Assembly: GCA_036489905.1 (NCBI GenBank)
Contig: DASXEX010000037.1
Location: 1 to 36,309 of the forward strand
Origin: Candidatus Saccharimonadales bacterium
GTDB lineage: Bacteria > Patescibacteriota > Saccharimonadia > Saccharimonadales > UBA4665
Direction of reading: 5' to 3'
DNA length: 36,309 nucleotides
In this document: piece by piece, positions 18,029 through 28,385 of the stretch
Layout of the letters: every line of letters starts with the position of its first letter
How positions within the stretch are numbered: the first letter of the stretch is position 1
The notes under the pieces: model-generated
What the model was told of the DNA's origin: nothing
Seen by the model: the letters and a program-made list of their open reading frames with translations, nothing else
Database searches by the model: none
Made by a program: the position numbers and the translations under genes

Positions 18029-18180
18029 TCTGATTCTCCTGTAATATTGAAACCGCCGTTTTCAATCCGTTCTCTGCCTACTTCCTGTAATGCGGTAACT
18101 GTCCCATCGCCGAGTGTAACCGTGCCATTTTCTGGGTCGTCAGTGACGAGAATTGAACCAAAACCTAATCTTCCTCTCAT
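18025..18180 (-). CDS. Orphan 51-aa small ORF between rplB and rpsS
   Basis: Hand-translated, as it is below the ORF-track cutoff: [51 protein letters not shown]. The ATG lies 3 nt after the rplB TAA, with AAGAGGAAA upstream. Its TGA overlaps the rpsS ATG (ATGA). The ORF fills the whole 155-nt gap. Confidence 0.5.
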   Translation of the reverse strand: MRGRLGFGSILVTDDPENGTVTLGDGTVTALQEVGRERIENGGFNITGESE

Positions 18181-18183
18181 GGT

Positions 18184-19020
18184 TTATTTCCTCTTGGCCG
18201 CGTGGCGGCTTCTTACGATGAACTTGGTGGTGGATTTACGGCTGCGGGTTTTGTAGCCCAGGGTTTTCTGGCCCCAAGGCGTGCGCGGGTCTTTGCCGGT
18301 GCCGTGGCGTCCGCCGTCACCACCACCGTGTGGGTGATCGGCTGCGGCCATGACAACACCGCGAACACTTGGGCGAATGCCTTTGTGGCGGCTGCGGCCG
18401 GCTTTGCCGAGCTTGATATTCTGATGTTGCTCGTTGCCCAAAACGCCGAGGCTAGCCGTGCATTCGACATTAATCATACGGACTTCGCCGCTGGGCAAGC
18501 GGACTTGCGCATAGGCGTCTTCTTTGGCCATCAGCTGCGCGCTGTTGCCGGCTGAGCGGACCATTTGCGCGCCGCGGCCAGGCTGGAGCTCGATAGCGTG
18601 GATGGTGCTGCCAACCGGAATATTTTTCAGCGGCAAGCGGTTGCCGTTTTCGATTGGCGCTTCTTCGCCCGAGCTGATTTTCTGGCCGACTTTCATGTTT
18701 GCCACCGCCAAAATGTAATGGTACGTGCCGTTCGGTTCTTTGATGCGTGCGACGCGGGCCGAGCGGTTCGGGTCGTATTCGATGTGTTCGACAATTGCGG
18801 TTGTGCCGGACGCCAACTTGAAATTGACGAGCCGATAAAATTTGCGTGCGCCGCCACCTTGATGCCGCGTTGTGATGCGGCCTTGGTTGTTGCGGCCGTT
18901 GCCACGGCGTTTCGGTGCAAGCAAACTGCGCAACGGCTTTTTGGTCGTAATCATGCTCGTGTCCTGGCTCGTCATGCCGCGCCGCGCCGGAGTTGTCGGT
19001 TTATAAGCTTTGACCGCCAT
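18184..19020 (-). CDS. rplB: 50S ribosomal protein L2
   Basis: Start trimmed to MAVKAYKPTTPARRGM (ATG at 19018-19020, with GGGGGA 7 nt upstream). The ORF-track ATG at 19035 lies inside repeat copy 3. Confidence 0.95.
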   Translation of the reverse strand: MAVKAYKPTTPARRGMTSQDTSMITTKKPLRSLLAPKRRGNGRNNQGRITTRHQGGGARKFYRLVNFKLASGTTAIVEHIEYDPNRSARVARIKEPNGTYHYILAVANMKVGQKISSGEEAPIENGNRLPLKNIPVGSTIHAIELQPGRGAQMVRSAGNSAQLMAKEDAYAQVRLPSGEVRMINVECTASLGVLGNEQHQNIKLGKAGRSRHKGIRPSVRGVVMAAADHPHGGGDGGRHGTGKDPRTPWGQKTLGYKTRSRKSTTKFIVRSRHAAKRK

Positions 19021-19033
19021 TATTTGGTCCCCC

Positions 19034-19108
19034 ATGAGACAAACCTACGGTTTTTCTCATCGCGCCGGGCGCCGAAATAAATTCGGCTGCTCTGGCTGCT
19101 CTTTTCCC
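19034..19108 (-). repeat. Intercistronic two-hairpin repeat, copy 3 (rplW|rplB junction)
   Basis: mRNA sense: GGGAAAAGAGCAGCC-AGAGCAGCCGAA-UUUAU-UUCGGCGCCCGG-CGCG-AUGAGAAAAACCGUAGGUUUGUCUCAU. It contains a tandem AGAGCAGCC duplication. Confidence 0.9.
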
Positions 19109-19123
19109 TCATTAGTCCGGCAA

Positions 19124-19507
19124 TCATTTCTTGCTCTCCTTTTTGGCGCGTTTTTCAGCGGCTTTTTCCATGAGCTCGGCGGTTTTTTCGCTCTTGGCTT
19201 CGGCTTCTTCGACCGCGGCGAAAATTGGCAGACTGTCACCGCTTTTCAGTGTTACGTAAGCTTTTCGAGTGTCGCTTTGTCTGCCGGGAGTCGCGCGGCC
19301 GCCTTTGCGTATGGTGCGCTTGGCTTTGCCTTTGACGTTCGCCACGTTTACCCTTTCGACGGTCACTTCAAACTGTGCGGTTACGGCGCGGGCGACGCTG
19401 TGCTTGTTCGTACCCTTCGGCACGTCGAACACGTAGACGTTTTGGCTTTGGCTCAAGCCGTACGCTTTTTCGCTCATGCGTGGTTTCAGTGTCAAAGTTT
19501 TGTCCAT
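19124..19507 (-). CDS. rplW: 50S ribosomal protein L23 with a Lys/Glu/Ala-rich tail
   Basis: Start trimmed to MDKTLTLKPRMSEKAY (ATG at 19505-19507, TAATG overlap with the rplD stop). Confidence 0.9.
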   Translation of the reverse strand: MDKTLTLKPRMSEKAYGLSQSQNVYVFDVPKGTNKHSVARAVTAQFEVTVERVNVANVKGKAKRTIRKGGRATPGRQSDTRKAYVTLKSGDSLPIFAAVEEAEAKSEKTAELMEKAAEKRAKKESKK

Positions 19508-20145
19508 TACTTTTCGCCTCCGAGCCATGTGCTGACAACCTTCAACGAGTCTTGCGTAATAACAATCCGGTCGGCGTTGAGCGTGTCGAAAACGTTCACA
19601 TAATTTGCTTGCGTTACCTTTACGTCCTGCAAATTGCGGGCTGCACGATCAAGTTCCTCGGTTTTGTGTTCGACCACGAGCAGGACGCGCTTGCTTGCGT
19701 CAATTTTTGCGAGCAATTTCACGAGCTCAGCGGTTTTGGCTTCTTTGAGCTTGATGTTTTCGATGACCGTGATTTTATTGTCATCTGCGGCAAGGCTGAG
19801 GGCTTGGCGAATAGCCAGGCGCTTGGCCTTAACATTGACGCGTTTCGTATAATTTTCTTCGCCGGTAGGACCAAATGTGATGCCACCGCTACGCCAAATT
19901 GGACTGCGAGTGGAGCCGACACGCGCGCGGCCGGTGCCTTTTTGCTTCCAAGGTTTTTTGCCGCCGCCACGAACCAGGCCGCGGGTTTTCGTGGTTGCCA
20001 GATTTTCGCGGCCATTCGCCAGATATGCTGTATACGCGAGCTTGAGAAGTTCGTGGTTTTCGGGCGCAACGCCAAAGACGGCCTTATCGAGTTTGGCGGG
20101 TGTGGTAGCTTTCGTGCCGGTCTTGGTATACGTCGGAACCGCCAT
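19507..20145 (-). CDS. rplD: 50S ribosomal protein L4
   Basis: 212 aa, with RGGGKKPWKQKGTGRARVGSTRSPIWRSGGITFGP. AAGGAGA lies upstream. Confidence 0.95.
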   Translation of the reverse strand: MAVPTYTKTGTKATTPAKLDKAVFGVAPENHELLKLAYTAYLANGRENLATTKTRGLVRGGGKKPWKQKGTGRARVGSTRSPIWRSGGITFGPTGEENYTKRVNVKAKRLAIRQALSLAADDNKITVIENIKLKEAKTAELVKLLAKIDASKRVLLVVEHKTEELDRAARNLQDVKVTQANYVNVFDTLNADRIVITQDSLKVVSTWLGGEK

Positions 20146-20167
20146 TATTTCGTCTCCTTAACCCAAC

Positions 20168-20239
20168 ATGAGACAAACCTACGGTTTTTCTCATCGCGCG
20201 GAACGCGAAGTGAATTCGCGTTCCGGCTGCTCTTTTCCC
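20168..20239 (-). repeat. Intercistronic two-hairpin repeat, copy 4 (rplC|rplD junction)
   Basis: mRNA sense: GGGAAAAGAGCAGCC-GGAACGCGAA-UUCAC-UUCGCGUUCC-GCGCG-AUGAGAAAAACCGUAGGUUUGUCUCAU. Confidence 0.9.
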
Positions 20240-20266
20240 TAGCCAGTCTGGCAATTTCAGCGACCA

Positions 20267-20887
20267 TTACACCGCCTCCTTGAGTAAAACAATGCCTTTG
20301 CGCGGGCCGGGCACAGCGCCGGTGACGCCGATGACATTATTCTCGACATCAACCAATGCGATTTTCAAATGCTTGACCGTCACCCGTTCGTCACCCATTT
20401 GGCCAGCCATTTTCTTGCCCTTGAAAATATGCTGCGGGTACATTGAACCGATGGAGCCGGGCTTGCGGGTGTTGCCCTTGCCGCCGTGCGTTTTGCGCTG
20501 GCGCTCGAAGTTGTGGCGCTTGATGGTGCCGGCCCAGCCTTTGCCCTTGCTTGTGCCAGTCGCGTCGACTTCGTCGCCAACTGAAAAGACCTCGGCGTTG
20601 ATTTTGCTTCCAACTTTGAGGTCTTCGGAGATTTCGCTTGTGCGGAATTCGCGAATAATCTTCGGGAGCATACCGGCGACCTTAAAATGACCTGCTTGGG
20701 CTTTGTTCGTCCGAGCTTCCGAAGTTGTTTCAAATCCGACTTGGATGGCCATATAGCCGTCGCTCTCGGTATTCTTGAGCTGCGTCACGACGTTCGGGCT
20801 GCATGAAAGCAGCGTCACAGCCTGCACCGCACCGTCTTCTGCGATGGTGCTTGTCATGCCGACTTTTCGAGTAATGAGTGCTTTCAT
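20267..20887 (-). CDS. rplC: 50S ribosomal protein L3
   Basis: 206 aa, with MKALITRKVGMTS and GKGWAGTIKRHNFERQRKTHG. Confidence 0.95.
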   Translation of the reverse strand: MKALITRKVGMTSTIAEDGAVQAVTLLSCSPNVVTQLKNTESDGYMAIQVGFETTSEARTNKAQAGHFKVAGMLPKIIREFRTSEISEDLKVGSKINAEVFSVGDEVDATGTSKGKGWAGTIKRHNFERQRKTHGGKGNTRKPGSIGSMYPQHIFKGKKMAGQMGDERVTVKHLKIALVDVENNVIGVTGAVPGPRKGIVLLKEAV

Positions 20888-21028
20888 AGTTGTCTCAATA
20901 TAACGTTATTCTCTCCGCAAATGTGGCGAGCGTGACATAAAAATACTTGGCAGCTGGTGGTTTCTACCTCTGTTATTGGCAGACCTGCTTCAGCACACCA
21001 AGAACCAAAATTTATGAACTACCATCAA

Positions 21029-21058
21029 AGAATAACACGCACAAACAACCCCTGTCAA
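21029..21058 (-). promoter_or_regulatory. Candidate promoter re-starting transcription into rplC
   Basis: The minus strand reads TTGACA-N18-TATTCT within the 206-nt non-coding gap upstream of rplC. This would give a leader of roughly 135 nt. Confidence 0.3.
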
Positions 21059-21093
21059 CCTGTTGCAAATTCTACTGCGACTTTTTGTATGGA

Positions 21094-21840
21094 TCAGGCC
21101 GGTGCCGGAAAGGTCGCTAGCTGACCAGCGCCTAGTGCTTCACGTATAGTTCGTCGGGCGGCTTCGGATTCAGGCGTGATTATCTCCGTACCGATAGCGC
21201 TGGATGGCGCGTATTCGATCCCGAGTACTTCTGGCCTACCGCGCCAGCTCTGGGCGATAATTTCTGGTAGACGGGGATTTTCACGGACCTGGTGGTCGAC
21301 AATATCTAGCGTAGCACCTACTGCGCTGAGGCTAATGCAGCCAACTTTTTCTACATGGGGCATGTCGATTAATGTGCCATAACGGAAAGTGACATCCTTC
21401 CGGCCGAGAGCCGGATAGGCTGCTTCCAATACCGATCGCGCAGTAAGGAGCGAGTCGGCATCGGAAGTAATATCCTCAAACAAGAATACTCTGCGGGTCG
21501 CGTCGGTTATCGGTAACGAAAGCTGTCCTGCGGCAAGACACATGTTTCGAAAGCTGATTCCTTTCGCCGAAACGGGCATATAATGTATCGCACTGTCTTG
21601 TTGTAGGCTAACTGCATAGCCCACCAGACGGGCATTCGGGTCTAGACCAATGACAATATCGGGATCCGTTTCCTTAATGGCGGCAGCGATGGGTCTGCTG
21701 AAGCGAGGTATTTCACCCACACTGACGGGTAGATCGATGACTGGTGTAGGCATATGGTTTGCTCTGCGGTGTAAATTTAAAATCCGAGGCACACGTTGTT
21801 CTAAGCCGGTACTTTTGTTGCCGCTGGCACAATGAAACAT
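21094..21840 (-). CDS. Hypothetical protein, possible degenerate type-I phosphoribosyltransferase-like fold (cassette gene 3)
   Basis: 248 aa if started at the 21840 ATG, which overlaps the upstream gene by 40 nt. An alternative ATG at 21753 gives MPTPVIDLPV. RRVFLFEDITSDADSLLTA resembles a PRPP-loop pattern (hydrophobic run, acidic pair, small residues), and DIVIGLDPNARLVGYAVS precedes it. The motif is degenerate. Confidence 0.5.
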   Translation of the reverse strand: MFHCASGNKSTGLEQRVPRILNLHRRANHMPTPVIDLPVSVGEIPRFSRPIAAAIKETDPDIVIGLDPNARLVGYAVSLQQDSAIHYMPVSAKGISFRNMCLAAGQLSLPITDATRRVFLFEDITSDADSLLTARSVLEAAYPALGRKDVTFRYGTLIDMPHVEKVGCISLSAVGATLDIVDHQVRENPRLPEIIAQSWRGRPEVLGIEYAPSSAIGTEIITPESEAARRTIREALGAGQLATFPAPA

Positions 21841-22631
21841 CTATCCATAGCGCTCCTTACTAACGCCACCGCGGCCTTTCGCGGCCGGCGCAGGAAATGG
21901 TCGCTAATCTCATTACAAATCTCGATCCGTAATGAAGGAATGGCTTGCCTCACAGCTGCTATACCATCAGTCTGATTGCCTAGGCGAGTATCTTCTGCTA
22001 GCAATATAAGTCGTGGCGGCGAATTCCGGTTCTTTGTTTGTGCAGTTTGTAACATCGGTATTTGTCTGTCGAGTGGCGAAACGCCTTTTGATTCATCCAT
22101 AAACCCCTTCGTTACAAGCAGTGGGCGACCGCCCTGGCGGCGGTTACGGATCAGTGCGGCTACACCACCATGCCGAGATCCATAAGCCTTTACAATATCC
22201 CACTCTTCGGTGGTTAAATCATTCGCAATCCCTACGCTGTCGGCTTCAATGCGCTCCGCTGCCGATGTGAAGGCTGGCGTAATTCCTGTGATCTGCGTGG
22301 TGCGGAAATCTATGCCAGCATATGTCGCTACCAACAATCCGAGGGAGTGGGTTAATACATATGATGGCGGCGGATCGAGTTCTGACACGAATTCACTAAC
22401 CTTTCTTCCTTGCTCCGAGATAGGCGGCACAGCCACAGAGGTGTCCGTTACTTCGTTGAGCTGCGGCACATGGACGCGTATGCTGCCGGCGCTAGCCTCA
22501 GCCACTTCGTGCGCCGCTATTATGAATGGATCATTCCCATTAGAACCTAAGCCAGTAATACAGAGGATTTCTGTCCGCTCGCAAGCCATAAAATTAATTA
22601 GAAATATATCACCTTCTCTGAATTCGTGCAA
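21801..22631 (-). CDS. Alpha/beta-fold serine hydrolase (cassette gene 2)
   Basis: 276 aa. It has the strand EILCITGLGSNGND, a nucleophile elbow YVLTHSLGLLVA, an Asp candidate in RLILLAEDTRLG and a His candidate in ISDHFL. The start is uncertain: TTG at 22631 or ATG at 22589. There is no clear SD. Confidence 0.65.
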   Translation of the reverse strand: MHEFREGDIFLINFMACERTEILCITGLGSNGNDPFIIAAHEVAEASAGSIRVHVPQLNEVTDTSVAVPPISEQGRKVSEFVSELDPPPSYVLTHSLGLLVATYAGIDFRTTQITGITPAFTSAAERIEADSVGIANDLTTEEWDIVKAYGSRHGGVAALIRNRRQGGRPLLVTKGFMDESKGVSPLDRQIPMLQTAQTKNRNSPPRLILLAEDTRLGNQTDGIAAVRQAIPSLRIEICNEISDHFLRRPRKAAVALVRSAMDRCFIVPAATKVPA

Positions 22632-22634
22632 GGT

Positions 22635-22916
22635 TTAATACGTAATATAAACGCCGACTTGCGTCCAGAAACCGACGAACATTGCAACGAGCAAAATCGC
22701 AAACTCGATCTTGCGATCGATTTTGAAATGGTCGTGCGCCGCAAACAGCACGCCGATAAACAAGCCAATTGGAATAGGGATCTGTGTGGTGCCACCGGCA
22801 TTTTCGAGCCGAACCCACTGCGCGCCGACAATTAAATACAGCACAAGCTTCAGCAAATACACGCTGTCGAGCTCGGGGCCACCGGTTTTCCGCTTACGGC
22901 TTTTCGTTTTTGCCAT
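22635..22916 (-). CDS. Small basic-N-terminus membrane protein with three predicted TM helices (cassette gene 1)
   Basis: 93 aa. MAKTKSRKRKTGG is followed by the hydrophobic segments SVYLLKLVLYLIVGAQWV, IPIPIGLFIGVLFAA and IEFAILLVAMFVGFWTQVGVYI. There is no SD upstream. Confidence 0.6.
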   Translation of the reverse strand: MAKTKSRKRKTGGPELDSVYLLKLVLYLIVGAQWVRLENAGGTTQIPIPIGLFIGVLFAAHDHFKIDRKIEFAILLVAMFVGFWTQVGVYITY

Positions 22917-22981
22917 TGCTGTTATTCAATCACAAAAGCTTATGCTTTAGCAACTTCCAAACAGTGCATCTAGCTGCTCGG

Positions 22982-23017
22982 CACTTAAAAGCACCCGTGG
23001 GCGGGTGCTTTTAAGTG
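22982..23017 (-). terminator. Perfect 16-bp palindromic hairpin (bidirectional intrinsic-terminator-like) immediately after rpsJ
   Basis: The sequence is CACTTAAAAGCACCCG-TGGG-CGGGTGCTTTTAAGTG. It has a GC core (GCACCCG/CGGGTGC) flanked by A4/T4 arms, and it starts 15 nt downstream of the rpsJ stop. Confidence 0.6.
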
Positions 23018-23031
23018 AACGCAAAAGTCAC

Positions 23032-23361
23032 TTACATTTTGATTTCGACGTCGCAACCGGCTGGAAGCGATAAGTTCATGAGTGAGTCGATGGTTTTTGG
23101 GGTTGGTTCGAACACGTCGATGAGGCGTTTGTGGACGCGCATTTCGAATTGCTCGCGGCCTTTTTTGTAGACGTGCGGGCTTTTGACGACCGTGAACGTG
23201 CTGCGGCGGGTCGGCAAAGGAATCGGGCCAGCCAAGGTCGCACCGGTGCGCAGCGCCGTGTCAACAATTTGCTTCGCCGCCTGGTCGATGACTTTGTGGT
23301 CGTACGCCTTCAGGCGAATGCGAATGCGCTGCTTAACTTCTGGCTTCTTGGCTGCTTCCAT
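23032..23361 (-). CDS. rpsJ: 30S ribosomal protein S10
   Basis: 109 aa, with [24 protein letters not shown] and [38 protein letters not shown]. Confidence 0.96.
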   Translation of the reverse strand: MEAAKKPEVKQRIRIRLKAYDHKVIDQAAKQIVDTALRTGATLAGPIPLPTRRSTFTVVKSPHVYKKGREQFEMRVHKRLIDVFEPTPKTIDSLMNLSLPAGCDVEIKM

Positions 23362-23411
23362 GTGGCTGGTTCCGTTTCCTTTTAATGTGCGAGCTTTTTA
23401 AATCTGCTGGA

Positions 23412-24596
<1,185 letters not shown>

Positions 24597-24667
24597 TTTG
24601 GTTTAGACTCCTTGATTTAATTATTTTGCATGAGTTTAAAACAGAACTCACACGAGTTTCTGGGGGT

Positions 24668-24696
24668 AGTATAGAGAAATTTTTGCGAGTTGTAAA
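24668..24696 (-). promoter_or_regulatory. Candidate sigma70-type promoter for tuf
   Basis: The minus strand reads TTTACA-N17-TATACT, beginning right after the fusA stop codon and about 70 nt upstream of the tuf ATG. Confidence 0.5.
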
Positions 24697-24699
24697 GCG

Positions 24700-26787
<2,088 letters not shown>

Positions 26788-26803
26788 GTTTTAATCTTTT
26801 AAT

Positions 26804-27160
26804 TTAATCTTGTTTCTGGATTTGCGTAACACCGGTGCTTAAATCTACAACCTTAACGCTCTTAACTATGCAACATTCACTTTGCGGCAGTGTAGCCTGG
26901 CCATGTAAGGAATCGGGATGATTTGGTTGCCATGGCCCCGCCCCATCACTCGGCACGTCCCTTAAACCACTTCGTGTAGATGCTGTAACGGCTTCGGCCC
27001 GTTTTTCTAGTAAATGTACTGCCGGTTCGCTTACACCACTACTTCTGGCCATCTCTACGTCGGTCACAAGAGTTGCTAGATGCTGTTCTATAGAGCCGAA
27101 ATCATTCAACGGACAGAGCCTCCAACACTCAGGAGTAACCATTTGGCCGCATATTTCCAT
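26804..27160 (-). CDS. Orphan Cys-containing 118-aa protein inserted between rpsG and fusA
   Basis: It is the only long ORF in this gap on either strand and fills it completely. The ATG lies 5 nt after the rpsG TAG, with AGGAG 9 nt upstream. The N-terminus has C-x7-C-x3-C (CGQMVTPECWRLC) and there is a CC pair near the C-terminus. Codon choice looks AT-richer than in the flanking genes. I recognise no family. Confidence 0.55.
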   Translation of the reverse strand: MEICGQMVTPECWRLCPLNDFGSIEQHLATLVTDVEMARSSGVSEPAVHLLEKRAEAVTASTRSGLRDVPSDGAGPWQPNHPDSLHGQATLPQSECCIVKSVKVVDLSTGVTQIQKQD

Positions 27161-27165
27161 GATGA

Positions 27166-27645
27166 CTAGCTCCTCGCGAAGTGAGCGAAGGCGCGGTTGG
27201 CGTCGGCCATTTTGTGCACGTCTTCGCGTTTTTTAACGGCTGCGCCTTGGTTGTTGTAGGCGTCGGTGAGTTCGAGGGCGAGGCGGTCTTCCATGCTCAT
27301 GCCTTTGCGGGCTCGGGCGGCGGCCACGAACCACATCGTCATTAGGTGTTGCTGGCGCTGGCCTTTGACTTCGAACGGAATCTGGTAGTTGGCGCCGCCA
27401 ACGCGGCGGGAGCGCGTTTCGACTTGCGGCTGGACGTTTTTCATTGCTTGTTCGAAAACTTCGAGCGGATTGTCGACCTTCAGTTTGTTGGCCGCCTTTT
27501 GCATGCCGCCATACACCAGCCGCTCGGCAATTTGTTTTTTGCCGTCCTGCATCACGCGGTTGATGAGCCGCTGCACCTGCACGCTATTGTACAAACGGTC
27601 ACCCGGAATATCGCGCACGAGCGCTTTGGTTTTATGTCTAGGCAT
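27166..27645 (-). CDS. rpsG: 30S ribosomal protein S7
   Basis: Start trimmed to MPRHKTKALVRDIPGDRLYNS (ATG at 27643-27645, with GAAGGTGG 6 nt upstream). It is 159 aa and ends in ANRAFAHFARS. Confidence 0.95.
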   Translation of the reverse strand: MPRHKTKALVRDIPGDRLYNSVQVQRLINRVMQDGKKQIAERLVYGGMQKAANKLKVDNPLEVFEQAMKNVQPQVETRSRRVGGANYQIPFEVKGQRQQHLMTMWFVAAARARKGMSMEDRLALELTDAYNNQGAAVKKREDVHKMADANRAFAHFARS

Positions 27646-27856
27646 CTTGACCACCTTCATGGGATTGGGAGTCTGGTGATTCTTCAGCGGGAGGTAGCTC
27701 AACGTCAGTATTCCGATCAAGGAAAGCGCGGTCGTCTGAGCTCAAGCTATCGGGATCGCTAGCTGCCCGTTTACGTGCCTCGCGTAGACTATTCAAGTTG
27801 ACGGGAATTTCGCTTCCATTTCCGGTCTTCGGCACAAAGTCTTCGGGATATGGCAT
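27638..27856 (-). CDS. Orphan acidic 72-aa ORF inserted between rpsL and rpsG
   Basis: The ATG lies 1 nt after the rpsL TAA, with AAGGAGAG upstream. Its stop overlaps the rpsG start by 8 nt. The sequence MPYPEDFVPKTGNGSEIPVNLNSLREARKRAASDPDSLSSDDRAFLDRNTDVELPPAEESPDSQSHEGGQDA is Asp/Glu/Ser/Pro-rich and probably disordered. Confidence 0.45.
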   Translation of the reverse strand: MPYPEDFVPKTGNGSEIPVNLNSLREARKRAASDPDSLSSDDRAFLDRNTDVELPPAEESPDSQSHEGGQDA

Positions 27857-27857
27857 A

Positions 27858-28271
27858 TTACTTGCTCTCCTTTTTGGCGCCGTATTTGGAACGGCCTTGT
27901 TTGCGGTTGTTGACGCCTTGTAAATCTAATGCGCCGCGCACGATGTGGTAGCGGACACCTGGAAGGTCGCGGACGCGGCCGCCGCGGACCAAAACTACGG
28001 CGTGCTCCTGCAAGTTGTGGCCTTCGCCGCCGATGTAGGCCCAGACTTCGTGACCGTTGGTCAGGCGCACGCGGGCGACTTTACGAAGGGCCGAGTTCGG
28101 CTTCTTCGGCGTTTTGGTCGTGACCTTGACGCAGACGCCGCGCTTGAACGGGGACGGTTTTTCGTAGTTGCGGGTCTTCAGATTGTTGGTGACGCGAAGC
28201 AGTGCCGGCGACTTGGTTTTGCCGGTAAGTTTGGATCGCGGTTTGCGTACTAGTTGGTTAATTGTTGGCAT
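27858..28271 (-). CDS. rpsL: 30S ribosomal protein S12
   Basis: 137 aa, with [12 protein letters not shown] and [19 protein letters not shown]. Confidence 0.97.
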   Translation of the reverse strand: MPTINQLVRKPRSKLTGKTKSPALLRVTNNLKTRNYEKPSPFKRGVCVKVTTKTPKKPNSALRKVARVRLTNGHEVWAYIGGEGHNLQEHAVVLVRGGRVRDLPGVRYHIVRGALDLQGVNNRKQGRSKYGAKKESK

Positions 28272-28356
28272 TTGCTGGATTGTCCTTGAAATTTTGCAGT
28301 AGGTATTGATTAATGACTCTTGTTCAAGTCACTATTACGTACTGCCCTTTTCGTTG

Positions 28357-28385
28357 ATTGTATCAGATTTACTCCTTGGCTGCAA
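28357..28385 (-). promoter_or_regulatory. Candidate promoter for rpsL overlapping the rpoC 3' end
   Basis: The minus strand reads TTGCAG-N17-TACAAT, with TG one base upstream of the -10 element (TGATACAAT). Confidence 0.3.

Noticed and set aside
18049-18092. Direct 9-mer TCCTGTAAT repeated at 18049-18057 and 18084-18092, considered as a degenerate copy of the intercistronic element.
   Set aside because: It has no similarity to the five-copy element. The repeat falls inside the 51-codon ORF and is too short to interpret on its own.
20959-22933. A shared 8-mer, CTGTTATT, near both ends of the rpsJ-rplC insertion, considered as a target-site duplication.
   Set aside because: It is too short, is not positioned at clean boundaries, and is easily expected by chance in 2 kb.
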